Origin: Verrucomicrobiaceae bacterium
Lineage (GTDB): Bacteria; Verrucomicrobiota; Verrucomicrobiia; Verrucomicrobiales; Verrucomicrobiaceae
Reading direction: 5' to 3'
Length of the DNA: 64,000 nt
NCBI GenBank assembly: GCA_027487315.1
Contig: JAIYDW010000062.1
Span: 26,043 to 90,042, forward strand
Position numbers and translations under genes: made by a program. A model generated the notes under the pieces. It was not told the DNA's origin. It worked only from the letters and a program-made list of their open reading frames with translations, and searched no databases. Shown here piece after piece: positions 21,547 through 30,453 of the stretch (its first letter is position 1; each line of letters starts with the position of its first letter).

Positions 21547-22050
21547 TTAGGCGCCCTTAGATTCCGCTTGAGGTGCTGGAGTTTGCAAGGCTTGCATCTC
21601 GATTTTGATCCGCGCAGCCTCTTCGTAGCGCTCCTCGTCGATGGCGGATTGCAGGGCGTGTTTGAGTTCTTCCATGGAGGCGTTGCGACGGGAGTCCGCG
21701 ATGGCGCGGGTGGGGATTTTTCCAAGATGGCGGGTGCCTTTGTGCATGGAGGAGAGGAGCTGATCCAGACCCTCCTGGAAGGTGTCGTAGCAATGCGGGC
21801 AGCCCATGCGACCGATCTTTTTCAATTGTGCGGAAGTGAAGCCGCAGGCGGGGCAGGTGAGGACGTCGTTGCGGGGGACGTTGGTGGTGTTGCCGGCTCC
21901 GAGGAAGGCTTCCGCAAGGCCGAAGCCCATTTCGTCGGTGACGCCTTTGGCTTTGGAGCAGGTCTCACACAAATTCACCGTGGTCATCTGCCCATTGATG
22001 ATTTGGGTCAGAAAAACGGTGGCTTCATTGGTGCAGACGTCACATTTCAT
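21547..22050 (-). CDS. mcsA: McsA-like activator (four CxxC zinc-finger pairs plus a C-terminal UVR motif)
   Basis: MKCDVCTNE...CETCSK...CPACGF...CPHCYD, then ...EERYEEAARIKIE. It lies upstream of mcsB. Confidence 0.8.
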   Translation of the reverse strand: MKCDVCTNEATVFLTQIINGQMTTVNLCETCSKAKGVTDEMGFGLAEAFLGAGNTTNVPRNDVLTCPACGFTSAQLKKIGRMGCPHCYDTFQEGLDQLLSSMHKGTRHLGKIPTRAIADSRRNASMEELKHALQSAIDEERYEEAARIKIEMQALQTPAPQAESKGA

Positions 22051-22117
22051 GGAAATAGGGATCGAGAGGTTAGGTTCTCAGGTACCATACGCTTTGCGGG
22101 TATGCCAAGCGCGGTTT

Positions 22118-22726
22118 TTATGAGAGTTGGTTTGTCCAGTTGGAGAGAGAGGATTCAAGAAGGTGGTGTTGGTTCAGGTCGTAGTGATGGGTGATGAAGC
22201 CGAGGCGGGCGGCGGTTTCGATGTTTGGGAGGAGGTCGTCGATGTAGAAGGTTTGTGCGGGGTCGAGGTCGAGTTGTTCAATGGCGATTTGAAAAATTTC
22301 AGGGCCGGGTTTGGAGGCTTTGGCGGAGTAGGAGTAGACGCCGTCACGGAAGAGGTTGAAGACGGGAAACTGTGCGAAGAGAAAGTCTTTGTGAAGGCCG
22401 TTTGTGTTAGAGAGGAGGAAGAGGGGGTGGGATGACGCGAGTTGTTCGAGGGTGCGGGTGAGGGCGAGGTTTGGGGCGAAGATATCGCACCAAATTCGGC
22501 TGAAATCGGCGGCGGAGTCTTTGAAGCCGATGGCATCGATGGCTTGGGTGATGAAGGTTTGGTCGTCGATTTGACCGTCTTCGAAAGGCAATTTGAGGTG
22601 ATGGAGACGGTCGAGTAGATCGTTTTCGGGACAATCGGACCGAGCGGCCAGGCGGCTGAAGGCAAGGCGAAAGTCGAAGCTGACGATGACGTTGCCGATG
22701 TCGCAGAGGATGGAGGGGGTGGGCAT
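22118..22726 (-). CDS. HAD-superfamily hydrolase
   Basis: N-terminal DxG/DxxN-type motif (ILCDIGNVIV), ...LLSNTN..., C-terminal YIDD. Confidence 0.75.
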   Translation of the reverse strand: MPTPSILCDIGNVIVSFDFRLAFSRLAARSDCPENDLLDRLHHLKLPFEDGQIDDQTFITQAIDAIGFKDSAADFSRIWCDIFAPNLALTRTLEQLASSHPLFLLSNTNGLHKDFLFAQFPVFNLFRDGVYSYSAKASKPGPEIFQIAIEQLDLDPAQTFYIDDLLPNIETAARLGFITHHYDLNQHHLLESSLSNWTNQLS

Positions 22727-22736
22727 TGGGGAGGGT

Positions 22737-23840
22737 TTAGATGTGGCTCAGAATGGCTTCGGCGGTCATGTGGGCGGCATTGGGGAGGCTGAGAGGTGGC
22801 ACCATATGGTTGCGCATTTCTTTGGCGAGGCTGCCCTGATCGGCGAGCATGCGGGCGGTCAGGGTGGCGGTTTCGAGTGGGGAATGGCTGCGGAGGGCGC
22901 AGTGATGGTTGAGGAGCATTTCGGCATTGCCTTCTTCCTGGCCGGGAACGACGTAATCGATCACGGCCGGGGTGCGCGCGGCGAGGACTTCATGGAGGAT
23001 GGCTCCACCGGCTTTGCAGATGACGAGGTCGTGAGAGCGCAGGAGTTGGGGCATTTGGTCGGTCCAACCGATGAGGGTGAAACGGTCTTCGGGCAGGGAA
23101 TCGGCGAAGCGATTGAGAGTGAGGTGGAGTCGGCTTTTGTGTTTGCCGACGGGCAGGGTCAAGTGTGTTCCGGAGAGGATGAGTGGACGGAGGGCTTCGA
23201 GGGTGGCAGCCACGTGTTTGACGGGGGTGGAGGGGAGATAAAGGATGGATTGGGGAGCGTTGGCGGGGCGGGGGGAGAGGAGCGGGGCGGCGAAGGCTGG
23301 GCTAACGGGGAAGCCAGTGACGAAAATTTTGTCGGAAGGGAGGTCGCGATCGAGAAGGACAGCGACGGTTTCGGGGTCGGCCACGCAGTAGTAGTCACTG
23401 GGGTCGGAAGTCCAGCTGGGGTGGACGGAGACGGAGTCGGTGATGATGGTGAAGAGGGGAGGGACAGGACCTTGGGAGCGGAGAGGGGCGAGGAGAGTGC
23501 TGTAAAAGGGGTAGGTGCTGACGATGGCGCGGGGTTGATGCTGGTGAATCAGGCTGGCGAGGGCTTTTTGAAGGGAAGCGTTGAGGGGGTTGGGTTGCTG
23601 GCCGATGTCGCTTTTGGCGAGTTTTCGATAGGCCCATCTCCAGGCGGAGGGGAAGTTGACAATGGCAGCTTGGTAAGCGGATTGCAGAACCCGGGTCAGG
23701 TTGGGCAAGTGCTGTTCGAAGAGGTCAACCACGAGGACGGATTCGGCTGAGCTCGAGAGCTGGGTTTTCAGCGCTTGGGCAACGGAATTTGCGGCCGTGT
23801 TATGGCCGTCTCCGAAGCCTGCCGTTAGGACGAGAATCAC
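22737..23840 (-). CDS. MGDG-synthase/MurG-like (GT28) glycosyltransferase
   Basis: MILVLTAGFGDGHNTAANSV... is the N-terminus typical of the diacylglycerol glycosyltransferase family, with a C-terminal GT-B half (ICKAGGAILHEVLA). Confidence 0.75.
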   Translation of the reverse strand: MILVLTAGFGDGHNTAANSVAQALKTQLSSSAESVLVVDLFEQHLPNLTRVLQSAYQAAIVNFPSAWRWAYRKLAKSDIGQQPNPLNASLQKALASLIHQHQPRAIVSTYPFYSTLLAPLRSQGPVPPLFTIITDSVSVHPSWTSDPSDYYCVADPETVAVLLDRDLPSDKIFVTGFPVSPAFAAPLLSPRPANAPQSILYLPSTPVKHVAATLEALRPLILSGTHLTLPVGKHKSRLHLTLNRFADSLPEDRFTLIGWTDQMPQLLRSHDLVICKAGGAILHEVLAARTPAVIDYVVPGQEEGNAEMLLNHHCALRSHSPLETATLTARMLADQGSLAKEMRNHMVPPLSLPNAAHMTAEAILSHI

Positions 23841-23944
23841 GCGTTGGTTTCGATGGCGAGCCCAGTCTGAAAAACAATCGAAATATCTCTGGTCATAGAC
23901 CGTAATGTAAGATAATTATCAAGTGCTCTGAATATTTTAGCCCG

Positions 23945-24748
23945 ATGAATAAACCAAACCGATCTTGGCGTTCGAGTCAAGCACTGGCCCTGTTTGTTTT
24001 GGTCGCTGCCGTGTTGATCATGGCCGCGCCATTTCGAGGTGGGGGTGGACTGGTGAGGATGCAGTCGGCGTCTGTGATGCCTTTGTTTGCCACGGCATCG
24101 CTGGCGCATGGGTCGAGTTTTCAGGCTCGGAGTTTGTCTGATCGGGTGGGGTGCAGCGGGGAGTCTTTGTTTCGCTCGGCGCCGACGGTGAAGTTGGTGA
24201 AACGTCGGGAGATTGTGGTCAGGAAAGTGGTTTCGCCGATTCCCGTGGATTTTCACGCGCCGCGCAAGGAGTGGGAGCATTTGAGCCAGGGGGTGCGGAG
24301 GGAGTTGGATCGATTGGCGGCGGGTGCGGAGGTGAAGGCTGTGGAGATTCGGGCAACTGGGACAAGGGTGGGTGATTTGGATGATCTCGTGAGAAGAGCC
24401 AAGGTGCTGGGAGGGACGGGTGAAGTGAATCACATGGGGCAGGCGATGGTGGTGGGACGCGGAGAAGGTGCAGGAGACGGGGAGGTGCAGGTGGGCAAAG
24501 GTGAGGTGTCTGGAGCGGGACCTTTGGCGCTTTATTTGGTGGGGGATTTCAATGAGGTGGGGGTGACCCGTGCGCAGTGGGCGGCCTTGGATGAGGTGAT
24601 GGATTATTTGGCGATGAAGTGGGGGAAGGTGGCGGTCTCGGTGAGGCCGAGCACGTTGGGTGGTGGGAGACTGGGGCTGGGAGCGCTGTTTCCTACCGAG
24701 CGATTTTTGCGGGCGCTGGTGCCACCTTTGAATGCACCGGCGGGATAG
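23945..24748 (+). CDS. Hypothetical membrane-anchored protein, possibly with a degenerate amidase_2/PGRP-like C-terminus
   Basis: This is the only non-shadow-like ORF in the interval. It has an N-terminal TM (ALALFVLVAAVLIMAAP). LYLVGDFNEVGVTRAQWAALDEVMDYL loosely resembles amidase_2 motifs. The functional call is weak. Confidence 0.4.
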   Translation: MNKPNRSWRSSQALALFVLVAAVLIMAAPFRGGGGLVRMQSASVMPLFATASLAHGSSFQARSLSDRVGCSGESLFRSAPTVKLVKRREIVVRKVVSPIPVDFHAPRKEWEHLSQGVRRELDRLAAGAEVKAVEIRATGTRVGDLDDLVRRAKVLGGTGEVNHMGQAMVVGRGEGAGDGEVQVGKGEVSGAGPLALYLVGDFNEVGVTRAQWAALDEVMDYLAMKWGKVAVSVRPSTLGGGRLGLGALFPTERFLRALVPPLNAPAG

Positions 24749-24935
24749 ACTGGTTCTCGAAATGCTTATCACCTTGCCCGTAGGCGGAGCAGCCTCATTG
24801 GCTGCGTCAGCCGCTTGCCCGTTATTGATTTAATAGCGGGTGGCTCGACTTCCTTGCCACTGAGGCCACTGCGCTCTCCGGATCAAAATGATAATCTTTT
24901 CGAGAAACAGTCTAACTTCGGGTGCCATGAAGGGA

Positions 24936-25772
24936 TCAGAACAAGTCCAGTGCCAAGTCGAGCGCTCGAACCGAGTGGGTGAGGGCACCGGAGGAGATGG
25001 AGTTGACGCCTGTGGCGGCGACATCGTGGATAGTGTCGAGCGTGATGCCACCGCTGGCTTCGAGCCAAAGTCGACCGGCATTGAGGGCGACGGCTTGTCT
25101 GAGTTGGGCCAGGTCCATGTTGTCGAGGAGAATCAGGTCGATGCCTTGGAGGAAAAGAAAATCGGCGAGTTGTTCGAGCGTGGCGGCTTCCAGTTGGATG
25201 CGCATGCCGGGATGATCCTGGCGGACGCGGTTGATGGCGGCTTGGAGGGAGGACAGGGAGCCATCGGCGGCGAGGTGATTGTCTTTGACCATCACGGCGT
25301 CGTAGAGACCCATGCGATGGTTGACACCGCCACCGGCTTTGACGGCTTCTTTTTCAAGCAGGCGCCAGCCTGGGGTGGTTTTGCGGGTGTCCCAGACTTC
25401 GACGGGATAGGGTTTGACGGCATCGACGTAGCGGGCGGTCATGGTGGCGACACCGGAGAGGCGTTGGAGGAAATTGAGGGCGGTGCGTTCGGCGGTGAGC
25501 AGCGACCGGGTGCGACCTTCTATCTCGATCAAGGTGTCACCGGCTGCGAATGTGCTACCGTCCGGGCGGTGAACCCAAAGACCGAGACCCGAATCCACTT
25601 CTTTGAAGACCGTTTCCGCGATCGACATGCCGGCGACGATGCCGGGTTCGCGCGCGACGATGCGGGCTTTGTTGCGGGAGTTTTCGGCGATGAAATAGAG
25701 GGAGGTGACGTCACCGGGGCCGACGTCTTCAGTCAGAGCGGCGCGGATGAGGTCGAGGGTAGAGGCGTGCAT
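24936..25772 (-). CDS. nadC: Nicotinate-nucleotide pyrophosphorylase (carboxylating)
   Basis: MHASTLDLIRAALTEDVGPGDVTS..., ...TRKTTPGWR..., GGG.NHR, SGGITLDT. The track ORF was trimmed to ATG 25772. Confidence 0.9.
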   Translation of the reverse strand: MHASTLDLIRAALTEDVGPGDVTSLYFIAENSRNKARIVAREPGIVAGMSIAETVFKEVDSGLGLWVHRPDGSTFAAGDTLIEIEGRTRSLLTAERTALNFLQRLSGVATMTARYVDAVKPYPVEVWDTRKTTPGWRLLEKEAVKAGGGVNHRMGLYDAVMVKDNHLAADGSLSSLQAAINRVRQDHPGMRIQLEAATLEQLADFLFLQGIDLILLDNMDLAQLRQAVALNAGRLWLEASGGITLDTIHDVAATGVNSISSGALTHSVRALDLALDLF

Positions 25773-25831
25773 GAGGAATCGAGTGAGATTGTAACGCGAG
25801 AAATGCGGGACGCTAGCGCGGAGGTGCTGGA

Positions 25832-28039
25832 ATGAGGCCGAGCAAAAGGGGGGCAAGGCGGGGAGGCGATAAGGTTCGGGAGGTGGCGCACGAATTGCGC
25901 AGCCCGCTGCGGCCGGCTTCGAGATGGGCATGGTGGCGGGGAGTCATTTTGCGAGCGTCAGTAGGCGTGTTGATCATGGGGTTTTTGACGGGAGCGGTGG
26001 TTTTGGGCGTGTACAGTCAACTGGCGAAAGGGTATGATTTGGCGGAGTTGGGGGAGATGCCGGAACGGACGGTGGTGCTGGATTCGAAGGGGCAGGTGAT
26101 GGGGCGATTGCATGGCGAGGACCGGATTGTGATCTCGTTAGCGGAGGTTTCGCCGTGGTTCATCAAAGCCTTGCTGGCGCGGGAGGACACGCGTTTTTAC
26201 AGGCACTCGGGGATTGATTTCATTGGGGTGCTGCGGGCGATGATTCGCAATTTGAGGGATGGGCGGATTGTGCAAGGAGCTAGCACCTTAACGATGCAGT
26301 TGGCGCGCAACAGTTATCCTGATTTGGATGACCGGAGCTTTCACCGGAAGTTGTTGGAGATGATGCTGGCGCGTCGGATTGAGAAGGCGATTGGCAAGGA
26401 TCAGATATTGGAGCACTACATCAACCGGATCTTTTTCGGGCCAGGATTGTGGGGGATTCAGAGGGCGAGCCAGGTGTATTTTGGCAAGCATGCGTCCCAG
26501 CTGACATTGAGTGAGGCGGCGTTGATTGCGGGGTTGATTCGGAGTCCATCGAGGTTCTCGCCGTTTCGGAATTTCAATGGAGCGATCAAGGAGCGGGATG
26601 ATGTTTTGAAGCGATTGGTTGAGGTGAAGGCGATCACCAAGGAGGAGGAGTTGGGCGCGCGTTATGAGGAGGTGATCTTGCGGGGACAGCCGGCGTTTCA
26701 GAATCAGGGAGGGTATGCGTTGGACATCGTGAAGCGGGATTTGGATTTGATTTTGGAGGACCGAGAGTTGCGTGAAGGGGGGTTGCGTGTGATCACGACC
26801 TTGGACAAGGAGTTGAACGATGCGGCTGAGGTGTTTTTGGACAAGCGGTTGAGGGAGGTGGAGAAGTTGCCGGGTTACGCGCATCCGACGAAGGCGGGGT
26901 ATGATGCCGGATGGGACATGGTCAGCGCGGTTTTGGAGACGCCTTATCTTCAGGGGGCAACGGCGGTATTGAACAATGACACCGGGGGGGTGCTGGCATT
27001 GGTGGGGGGCAGGGATTACCGGCAGAGTAAGTTCAACCGGGCGACGCATGGGTCGAGGCAGATTGGATCGACCGTGAAGCCGTTTGTTTATGCGGCGGGG
27101 ATTGAAGCGGGATTGATGCCGGGGACATTGATCAGTGATGATCCGTTGAAGCCGGGAGAGATTGCCGGGGTGGAGGCGACATGGAATCCAGGGAACTCGG
27201 ATGGGCGATTCACAGGGATGCAGCCCTTAACGTTAGGATTGGTGCAGAGTCGCAATACGATGACGATCCGGGTGGGGAATCAGGCGGGGCTGGATCGGGT
27301 GATGGCAACCTTGGGAGCGGTGGGTTTGCCGGGGGGGCAGAAGAGCACGCCACAGGTGTTCATTGGCAATGTGTCGGGCAATGCGTATCAAGTGGCAGCG
27401 GCTTATTCGGCATTTCCCAATGATGGGTTGCGGAAGCGGCCTTATTTGATCGATCAAATTGTCGACAAAAGAGGGCAGGTCATTTTTCGGGCGGGTGTGA
27501 TGGAGGTGGACACACTCAGTCCGGGAGTTGCGCAGGTGATTCGACGGATGTTGGGACAGGTGATGGATCAGGGGTCGGCATCGGTTTTGCGATCGGAGTA
27601 TGGATTTAAGGAAGCGGCTGGAGGGAAGACGGGGACGACGAACAATTATCGGGATGCCTGGTTTGCGGGCTACACCTCGGGGCTGACCACGGCGGTATGG
27701 GTGGGGTTGGATCGGGGAGGGACGATTGTGGATGAAGGCTATGGGAGCAAGTTGGCTCTGCCGATCTGGGGGGATGTGATGAACAAGGCGATGGCGTTGG
27801 GGTATGCTTCGGGGAAGAATCGTCCAGAGGCGCCGACGTCGAGGGTGGCGTTGTGTCGTCACAGCAGTGAGTTGGCCACGGAAGGTTGCCATGCGGCTGG
27901 ATGTGCCTATGAGGATGAGCTGCCTTACGAGTTGGTGCCGGGCGTTTTTTGTCGCCAGCATGGAGGTGACGAGGCCGGGAAGGAGGCGGAGAAACCTGGT
28001 TCATCCGTTTGGCAGCGGATGAGGCGGTGGTTTGAATGA
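25832..28039 (+). CDS. mrcA: Class A penicillin-binding protein (transglycosylase/transpeptidase, PBP1A-type)
   Basis: GT51 motifs EDTRFYRHSGID and GASTLTMQLARN. Transpeptidase motifs STVKP, SRN and KTGTT. Confidence 0.9.
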   Translation: MRPSKRGARRGGDKVREVAHELRSPLRPASRWAWWRGVILRASVGVLIMGFLTGAVVLGVYSQLAKGYDLAELGEMPERTVVLDSKGQVMGRLHGEDRIVISLAEVSPWFIKALLAREDTRFYRHSGIDFIGVLRAMIRNLRDGRIVQGASTLTMQLARNSYPDLDDRSFHRKLLEMMLARRIEKAIGKDQILEHYINRIFFGPGLWGIQRASQVYFGKHASQLTLSEAALIAGLIRSPSRFSPFRNFNGAIKERDDVLKRLVEVKAITKEEELGARYEEVILRGQPAFQNQGGYALDIVKRDLDLILEDRELREGGLRVITTLDKELNDAAEVFLDKRLREVEKLPGYAHPTKAGYDAGWDMVSAVLETPYLQGATAVLNNDTGGVLALVGGRDYRQSKFNRATHGSRQIGSTVKPFVYAAGIEAGLMPGTLISDDPLKPGEIAGVEATWNPGNSDGRFTGMQPLTLGLVQSRNTMTIRVGNQAGLDRVMATLGAVGLPGGQKSTPQVFIGNVSGNAYQVAAAYSAFPNDGLRKRPYLIDQIVDKRGQVIFRAGVMEVDTLSPGVAQVIRRMLGQVMDQGSASVLRSEYGFKEAAGGKTGTTNNYRDAWFAGYTSGLTTAVWVGLDRGGTIVDEGYGSKLALPIWGDVMNKAMALGYASGKNRPEAPTSRVALCRHSSELATEGCHAAGCAYEDELPYELVPGVFCRQHGGDEAGKEAEKPGSSVWQRMRRWFE

Positions 28040-28040
28040 A

Positions 28041-29012
28041 TCACTCAGCCTCGGAAGTCGGCAGTTTCAGTCTGGTCACGATGGGGCGATGGTCGCTGGC
28101 TTGATCGAAGTCGTGCGTGTCGAAGATGGATGAGTTTGAAACGTCGATGAAGGGCTTCATGGCGCGGCTCATGAAGAGGTAGTCGAGGCGAGAGTAGCTA
28201 TCGGCCGCTTCCCAGTAGTGGGTCCAGGTTTCTCCGCGTTTGTCGGTGACGCGGATGTCCTCCATGAACAGGACACCCGTTCGGGAGCCCTGGATGGCTT
28301 TGATGGGGGCTTCGTGACGGTATTCGTTGAAGTCGCCGTAGAGGAGGATGGCGGTTTCGGGGGAATCGGAGAGGATGCCGTCGAGGTGTTTGCGGAGCAG
28401 GGAGGCTTCGTTTCGGCGCATGAGGGCCTGATCCGCTTCAGGGACTTCACGCATGGATTTCAGGTGAACGCCGATGAAGCGGAAGTTGAGGTTGGGGCGG
28501 GGTTGGATGGTCGCGTCGAGGAAACCGCGTTGAACGGAAAAGGTTTTGCCTTCGAGTTCGTAGGTGAGATCAGAGACGGACTGTCTGCTGGCGATGGTGA
28601 ATCGGGAGAGGAGGCCGAGGCGGCGGGTGGGGTCACCACCTTGAGCGATTTCGGAGTGGGGGAGGTCGATGCCGGCGGTTTTGAGAAGGGATTGAATCTC
28701 TTTCAGGTCGTCGGCACTGCCGATTTCGCTGAGGCCGAGGACATCCGGGGCGATGGCCTTGAGATGGTTGATGACGGCGGCTTTTTCGACTTCAGGCTTG
28801 GCGGAATCTTTGAGGACTTTGTTGTCTTCGAAGCGATCCATGATGAGCCAGTTTCTGACGTTGTAAGCGCAGAAAACGAGGCTGTCGGGGGAGGCGGGTT
28901 CGGCGGCGCGAGACGAGAGAGGCAGCGACCCCAAGATAAGGAGCGCGAGGGTGGCTTGGCTGAGCCTGAGCGTCTTTTTACGCCATGAGGCAAGCAGGCA
29001 AGCTTGGGACAT
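28041..29012 (-). CDS. Endonuclease/exonuclease/phosphatase (EEP) family protein, secreted
   Basis: Signal peptide, then ...VLGLSEIG... and a C-terminal SDHRPIV motif typical of the EEP fold. Confidence 0.75.
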   Translation of the reverse strand: MSQACLLASWRKKTLRLSQATLALLILGSLPLSSRAAEPASPDSLVFCAYNVRNWLIMDRFEDNKVLKDSAKPEVEKAAVINHLKAIAPDVLGLSEIGSADDLKEIQSLLKTAGIDLPHSEIAQGGDPTRRLGLLSRFTIASRQSVSDLTYELEGKTFSVQRGFLDATIQPRPNLNFRFIGVHLKSMREVPEADQALMRRNEASLLRKHLDGILSDSPETAILLYGDFNEYRHEAPIKAIQGSRTGVLFMEDIRVTDKRGETWTHYWEAADSYSRLDYLFMSRAMKPFIDVSNSSIFDTHDFDQASDHRPIVTRLKLPTSEAE

Positions 29013-29032
29013 TCGGAGCAGACGGAGGGAGC

Positions 29033-29332
29033 TTAGACGTCGTCCGAGGTGGAACCAACGGGTTGACGGGTGGCTTCGGCGGTTTCGCGGCGTTGCTTGG
29101 GCTCTTGAATGGTGGGGCGTTCGACTTCGTCCTGGGCGCGGTGGAGTTCGGTTTCGAACTCTTCACGGGCTTTTTTGAACTCGCCCATGCTTTTGCCGAG
29201 GCTACGGGCGAACATAGGGAGTTTTTTGGCACCGAAGAGGATCAGAACGAGGATGCCGATGATGAGCAGCTCAGGGGTTCCGAGGGGGCCGAAGCCGGCG
29301 ATGACAGGAAGAGTATTCATGAGGATAGTCAT
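29033..29332 (-). CDS. tatA: Twin-arginine translocase subunit TatA/E
   Basis: GTPELLIIGILVLILFGAKKLPMFARSLGKSMGEFKKA. The start is ATG 29332 or ATG 29320. Confidence 0.85.
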   Translation of the reverse strand: MTILMNTLPVIAGFGPLGTPELLIIGILVLILFGAKKLPMFARSLGKSMGEFKKAREEFETELHRAQDEVERPTIQEPKQRRETAEATRQPVGSTSDDV

Positions 29333-29404
29333 ACTTTACTGAACGTCCCGCTGCAATGAAGACTTTCAGGGGATCGTAGGAGAGTCTTGGTGGGTGCTAT
29401 TTGT

Positions 29405-30397
29405 CTATTCGGCGGTGAAGTCGAGGAGGATTTTGCCGGAGCGGTGGGGTTGGGCGGCTAGGGTGAGGGCTTCGGGGGCGTTTTGGAAGGGGATGATGGC
29501 TTGGATGGGGACGTGGAGTTTGCCGGCGAGCATCATGTCCGCGAGGGGGGCGAGGGTGTGGAGGAGGGCTTCGGGGGCGGCGTGTTCGAACCAGCGGCTG
29601 ACCCAGAGGCCGCGGAGGTGGAGGTCTTTGAAGATAAGGAAGCCGTTGGGGACTTTGAGGCTTTTGAGGCTCATGGCGCCGTAGGTGACGAGGGTGCCGC
29701 CGGGGGCGAGGAGGTTCATGAGGCGGATGGCGCTGTCGCCACTGACAGCGTTGGCGGCGAGTCTGACAGGGGTGGTGCCGAGTCGTTCGCGGGCGGCGGC
29801 GTGGCCTTCGGCGTCGTCAACAAAGACGGCGGTGGCGCCTTGGGCTTCGAGCTCGGGAATGAGATCGGCGCGGCGGACGAAGGAGAGGGTACGAATGCCG
29901 AGGGTGGCGGCGATTTGGATAAGGGCGCGGCCGACGGCGGAGTTGCCGGCGTTTTGGGCGATCCAGTCGCCTTCGAGGAGGGGGACAAATTCTTTGAGGA
30001 GGAGCCAGGCGGTGACGGGGTTGATGCGGAGCATGGCGGCCTGGGCGAGGTCGATGCCGGGGGGGAGGAGGGCGAAGAACTGTTCGGCAGCGATCATGTG
30101 CTGGGACCAGGTGCCGACGCCGAGGAGGGGGATGACGTGGTCGCCGACGGCGAGGGAGGTGACTTCGGAGCCGATGGCTTCGACGATGCCTGAGGCTTCG
30201 TGGCCGGGGATGCAGGGGAGGTGGGGTTTGCGGCCGTAGTTGCCCTGGATGACATTGAGGTCGGCCGGGTTGATGGGGGCGTAGTGGATGCGGACGCGAA
30301 CATCGTCGGGACCGAGATCGGGTAGATCGTGGGGGGCGGTGCGGATGACGTCGGGCGGGGAGCCGTTTTCGGAGATGAGGAGGCAGAGAGAAGACAT
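29405..30397 (-). CDS. MDR-superfamily enoyl reductase / NADPH:quinone oxidoreductase-like (Etr1/MECR-type)
   Basis: Trimmed to ATG 30397: MSSLCLLISENG...VRIHYAPINPADLNVIQGNYG...IPGHEASGIV, with a Rossmann segment NAGNSAVGRA. Confidence 0.75.
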   Translation of the reverse strand: MSSLCLLISENGSPPDVIRTAPHDLPDLGPDDVRVRIHYAPINPADLNVIQGNYGRKPHLPCIPGHEASGIVEAIGSEVTSLAVGDHVIPLLGVGTWSQHMIAAEQFFALLPPGIDLAQAAMLRINPVTAWLLLKEFVPLLEGDWIAQNAGNSAVGRALIQIAATLGIRTLSFVRRADLIPELEAQGATAVFVDDAEGHAAARERLGTTPVRLAANAVSGDSAIRLMNLLAPGGTLVTYGAMSLKSLKVPNGFLIFKDLHLRGLWVSRWFEHAAPEALLHTLAPLADMMLAGKLHVPIQAIIPFQNAPEALTLAAQPHRSGKILLDFTAE

Positions 30398-30453
30398 GGA
30401 TCCGAAAGGTGAGTGGAACCAGAGCGGGTGCCGCTTTGGTTCTAAGAGGGAAT

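Noticed and set aside
22051-22117. Search for a CtsR operator (tandem GGTCAAA heptads) upstream of mcsA
   Set aside because: No such direct repeat was found on either strand. Only a single GGACAAAC-like word is present.
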